A stretch of DNA of 22,118 bases from Azolla caroliniana (Eukaryota > Plantae > Polypodiophyta), in the NCBI GenBank assembly GCA_043228905.1, contig JBHGNT010000510.1:1-22118 (forward strand), read 5' to 3'. A model generated the notes under the pieces. That model did no database searches and was not told the origin of the DNA. It was given only the letters and a program-made list of their open reading frames with translations. How positions within the stretch are numbered: the stretch's first letter is position 1; each line of letters opens with the position of its first letter. Below, one piece after another: positions 19,668 to 22,118 of the stretch. Made by a program: the position numbers and the translations under genes.

Positions 19668-20438
19668 ATGGCAAAGCTTACTTCCGTATTCCTCATGGCC
19701 GTGATCATGCTCGCCGCGTGTACCGCGGCCAATGCTAGGTCTGTAGGGCGGGACCGTGAAGAGGAGCGACGCGATCGACGTCGTGAGGGAGACATTGACG
19801 AGGAGAGGCGCGATCGACGCCGAGAGGGGGAGTGCGAGCGACGTCGTGAGGGGTTCCTTGAGGAGGGGCGCCGCTACAGAGACAACAAGAGAGACTCCGA
19901 AGAGGAAAGGGAACGTCGTAGCCGTGGTCGCGATGAGCCACGTGACGAGGAACTGAGGCGAGAGTGCGGTGATTTCATCGACAAGCAGATCCGAGAGCTA
20001 CAAGAGCGCTCCGAAAGAGAGGAAGGTGAACAAGGACGTCGCTCCCCATGGATCGAAAACACTCGATACTCAAGACCCTCGGAACGGTGCTGCAGGAACG
20101 TCGAACGAATCCCCGCCGAAGATCGATGCGATCGCCTACGTGATGCCTTGTATGCTGACGAGGAGGAACGACGCAATGATGAAGGCCGACGCCATGGCCA
20201 ACAATCAAGGGAACACCGTAGCTGGGAGGAAGAGGACGAGGAGCGCGAGAGAGATAGCAGCCGTGAGCGACGAGAGGGTGACGAACGCCGCCACCGCATG
20301 TCTCGACGACAAGAGGACGAACGTCAACAACGTCGCCAATTCAAGGCCGATGACGAGGAAAGAGCTCTAGGCGTCGCCGCCTCCCGCCTACTCCAACAGT
20401 GCGATCTTCGCCCTCGTGCTTGTATTCGTCGCTTCTAA
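19668..20438 (+). CDS. 2S-albumin-like Arg/Glu-rich storage protein precursor, 256-aa variant
   Basis: Translation identical to 16388..17158. Confidence 0.88.
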   Translation: MAKLTSVFLMAVIMLAACTAANARSVGRDREEERRDRRREGDIDEERRDRRREGECERRREGFLEEGRRYRDNKRDSEEERERRSRGRDEPRDEELRRECGDFIDKQIRELQERSEREEGEQGRRSPWIENTRYSRPSERCCRNVERIPAEDRCDRLRDALYADEEERRNDEGRRHGQQSREHRSWEEEDEERERDSSRERREGDERRHRMSRRQEDERQQRRQFKADDEERALGVAASRLLQQCDLRPRACIRRF

Positions 20439-21307
20439 ATAGTACATAAACCTTGTTCAAATTATTCTCGTGGTCTCTCTCTAATTTCTCGTAAGTGTTT
20501 ACGAACAAGTGCGTCTCCCCAATCGCGCATTACACCCACACGAACGTAAACACGAGCACCAACGTCCCTCCAACACGAACGTAAACACGAGCACCAACGC
20601 ATAGAATTTGCCTATAGGGACCGCAAACCACCCAAACGGAAAAGAAAACATCAAAGCAGGACACCCATACCGCACACGCCACGGCAACGGCTAAGGCTAA
20701 GGTCAACTTGTACACGCGGCGAATGTGAACTTGCTTCCACACTTGCCCGATAGGACACTCCTAGTGTGGTAGTCCGGTTAGCTTTCCTTGTCGTCGTCGT
20801 TACCAACCCCTCGTCCGTCCGAACGAGCGAGTACGGACACCGGTCTATCTACGTTCATCGATGTAGCACACTCGGGAGCCACCACTCGTCCCGCAGTAGC
20901 CTCCGCGTGCTTAGTGTCTCGGCACTAGCGCGTTCTAGTTTAATGTGCACGTGCCCGCACACCCCTACGCGCACGCGCGAGTGCGCACATTTACCTATGT
21001 ATGTATAAATGTTATGTTGCTCGACAAGCTCTCGCGCGAGGAGGAGGAGTACCCGCTACAGGTTGCGCCCAGATTGTCTGGTGACAATACGACACCTAGG
21101 ACTAGCCTAGACGTGTGGGAGGGTGGACTAGTTGGTATGGGTCTTGGGCAAGAGTTGTACGCAGGACACACACGTTATGGTAATGGGAGTGGTGAGTGAC
21201 ATGCATGTGCTCTGATTGCATGGCCATGTGTATATATTAAAGGTGGAGGGAGCAATGTCAATACAATCCATTAGGAGACAAGCACCGGGATCATAAGGAC
21301 AATCGCA

Positions 21308-22078
21308 ATGGCAAAGCTTACTTCCGTATTCCTCATGGCCGTGATCATGCTCGCCGCGTGTACCGCGGCCAATGCTAGGTCTGTAGGGCGGGACCGTGAA
21401 GAGGAGCGACGCGATCGACGTCGTGAGGGAGACATTGACGAGGAGAGGCGCGATCGACGCCGAGAGGGGGAGTGCGAGCGACGTCGTGAGGGGTTCCTTG
21501 AGGAGGGGCGCCGCTACAGAGACAACAAGAGAGACTCCGAAGAGGAAAGGGAACGTCGTAGCCGTGGTCGCGATGAGCCACGTGACGAGGAACTGAGGCG
21601 AGAGTGCGGTGATTTCATCGACAAGCAGATCCGAGAGCTACAAGAGCGCTCCGAAAGAGAGGAAGGTGAACAAGGACGTCGCTCCCCATGGATCGAAAAC
21701 ACTCGATACTCAAGACCCTCGGAACGGTGCTGCAGGAACGTCGAACGAATCCCCGCCGAAGATCGATGCGATCGCCTACGTGATGCCTTGTATGCTGACG
21801 AGGAGGAACGACGCAATGATGAAGGCCGACGCCATGGCCAACAATCAAGGGAACACCGTAGCTGGGAGGAAGAGGACGAGGAGCGCGAGAGAGATAGCAG
21901 CCGTGAGCGACGAGAGGGTGACGAACGCCGCCACCGCATGTCTCGACGACAAGAGGACGAACGTCAACAACGTCGCCAATTCAAGGCCGATGACGAGGAA
22001 AGAGCTCTAGGCGTCGCCGCCTCCCGCCTACTCCAACAGTGCGATCTTCGCCCTCGTGCTTGTATTCGTCGCTTCTAA
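21308..22078 (+). CDS. 2S-albumin-like Arg/Glu-rich storage protein precursor, 256-aa variant
   Basis: Translation identical to 16388..17158. Confidence 0.88.
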   Translation: MAKLTSVFLMAVIMLAACTAANARSVGRDREEERRDRRREGDIDEERRDRRREGECERRREGFLEEGRRYRDNKRDSEEERERRSRGRDEPRDEELRRECGDFIDKQIRELQERSEREEGEQGRRSPWIENTRYSRPSERCCRNVERIPAEDRCDRLRDALYADEEERRNDEGRRHGQQSREHRSWEEEDEERERDSSRERREGDERRHRMSRRQEDERQQRRQFKADDEERALGVAASRLLQQCDLRPRACIRRF

Positions 22079-22118
22079 ATAGTACATAAACCTTGTTCAA
22101 ATTATTCTCGTGGTCTCT

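Larger units (their letters stand above)
1..22118 (+). repeat. Head-to-tail tandem gene array, ~13.4 units (1655-bp units, then 1640-bp units), open at both window ends
   Basis: ATGs at 1493, 3148, 4803, 6458, 8113, 9768, 11423, 13078, 14733 and 16388 are spaced 1655 bp apart; 18028, 19668 and 21308 follow at 1640 bp. The same ORF set recurs in every unit, and spacer and CDS are essentially identical between units. Confidence 0.99.

Noticed and set aside
1-22118. Array as rDNA, satellite, viral/plasmid concatemer or LTR/TIR transposon array
   Set aside because: No full rRNA gene, Rep, transposase, RT, LTR/PBS/PPT or TIR/TSD was recognised. The unit is a plant-type secreted-protein gene with its promoter, and the block of variant units argues against a single-template concatemer.

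Overview
The whole window is one head-to-tail tandem array of a eukaryotic, almost certainly land-plant, gene, and it runs off both ends. About 13.4 units are present: the period is 1655 bp up to about 16.4 kb, then 1640 bp. Each unit has an intronless + strand gene for a secreted 261-aa (or 256-aa) protein and an 869-bp spacer. The protein has a signal peptide, a degenerate 2S-albumin/prolamin-superfamily Cys skeleton (C..CC..[D]RC..C..C) and a likely Asn processing site (WIEN|T). It is extremely Arg/Glu/Asp rich. The spacer carries a seed/spore-maturation-type promoter (RY CATGCATG, G-box, ABRE-like ACGTG cores, TATA). There are 13 complete genes plus one 5'-truncated copy with two 1-bp deletions. 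By eye the units are almost identical. The only differences I found are those two deletions, one C>T change at 9288, and a 15-bp in-frame deletion shared by the last four copies. My best reading is an rDNA-like, homogenised, high-copy array of an atypical Arg-rich 2S storage-protein gene, possibly from a non-angiosperm lineage (inference). All other ORFs in the track look like shadow frames. No database searches could be run.
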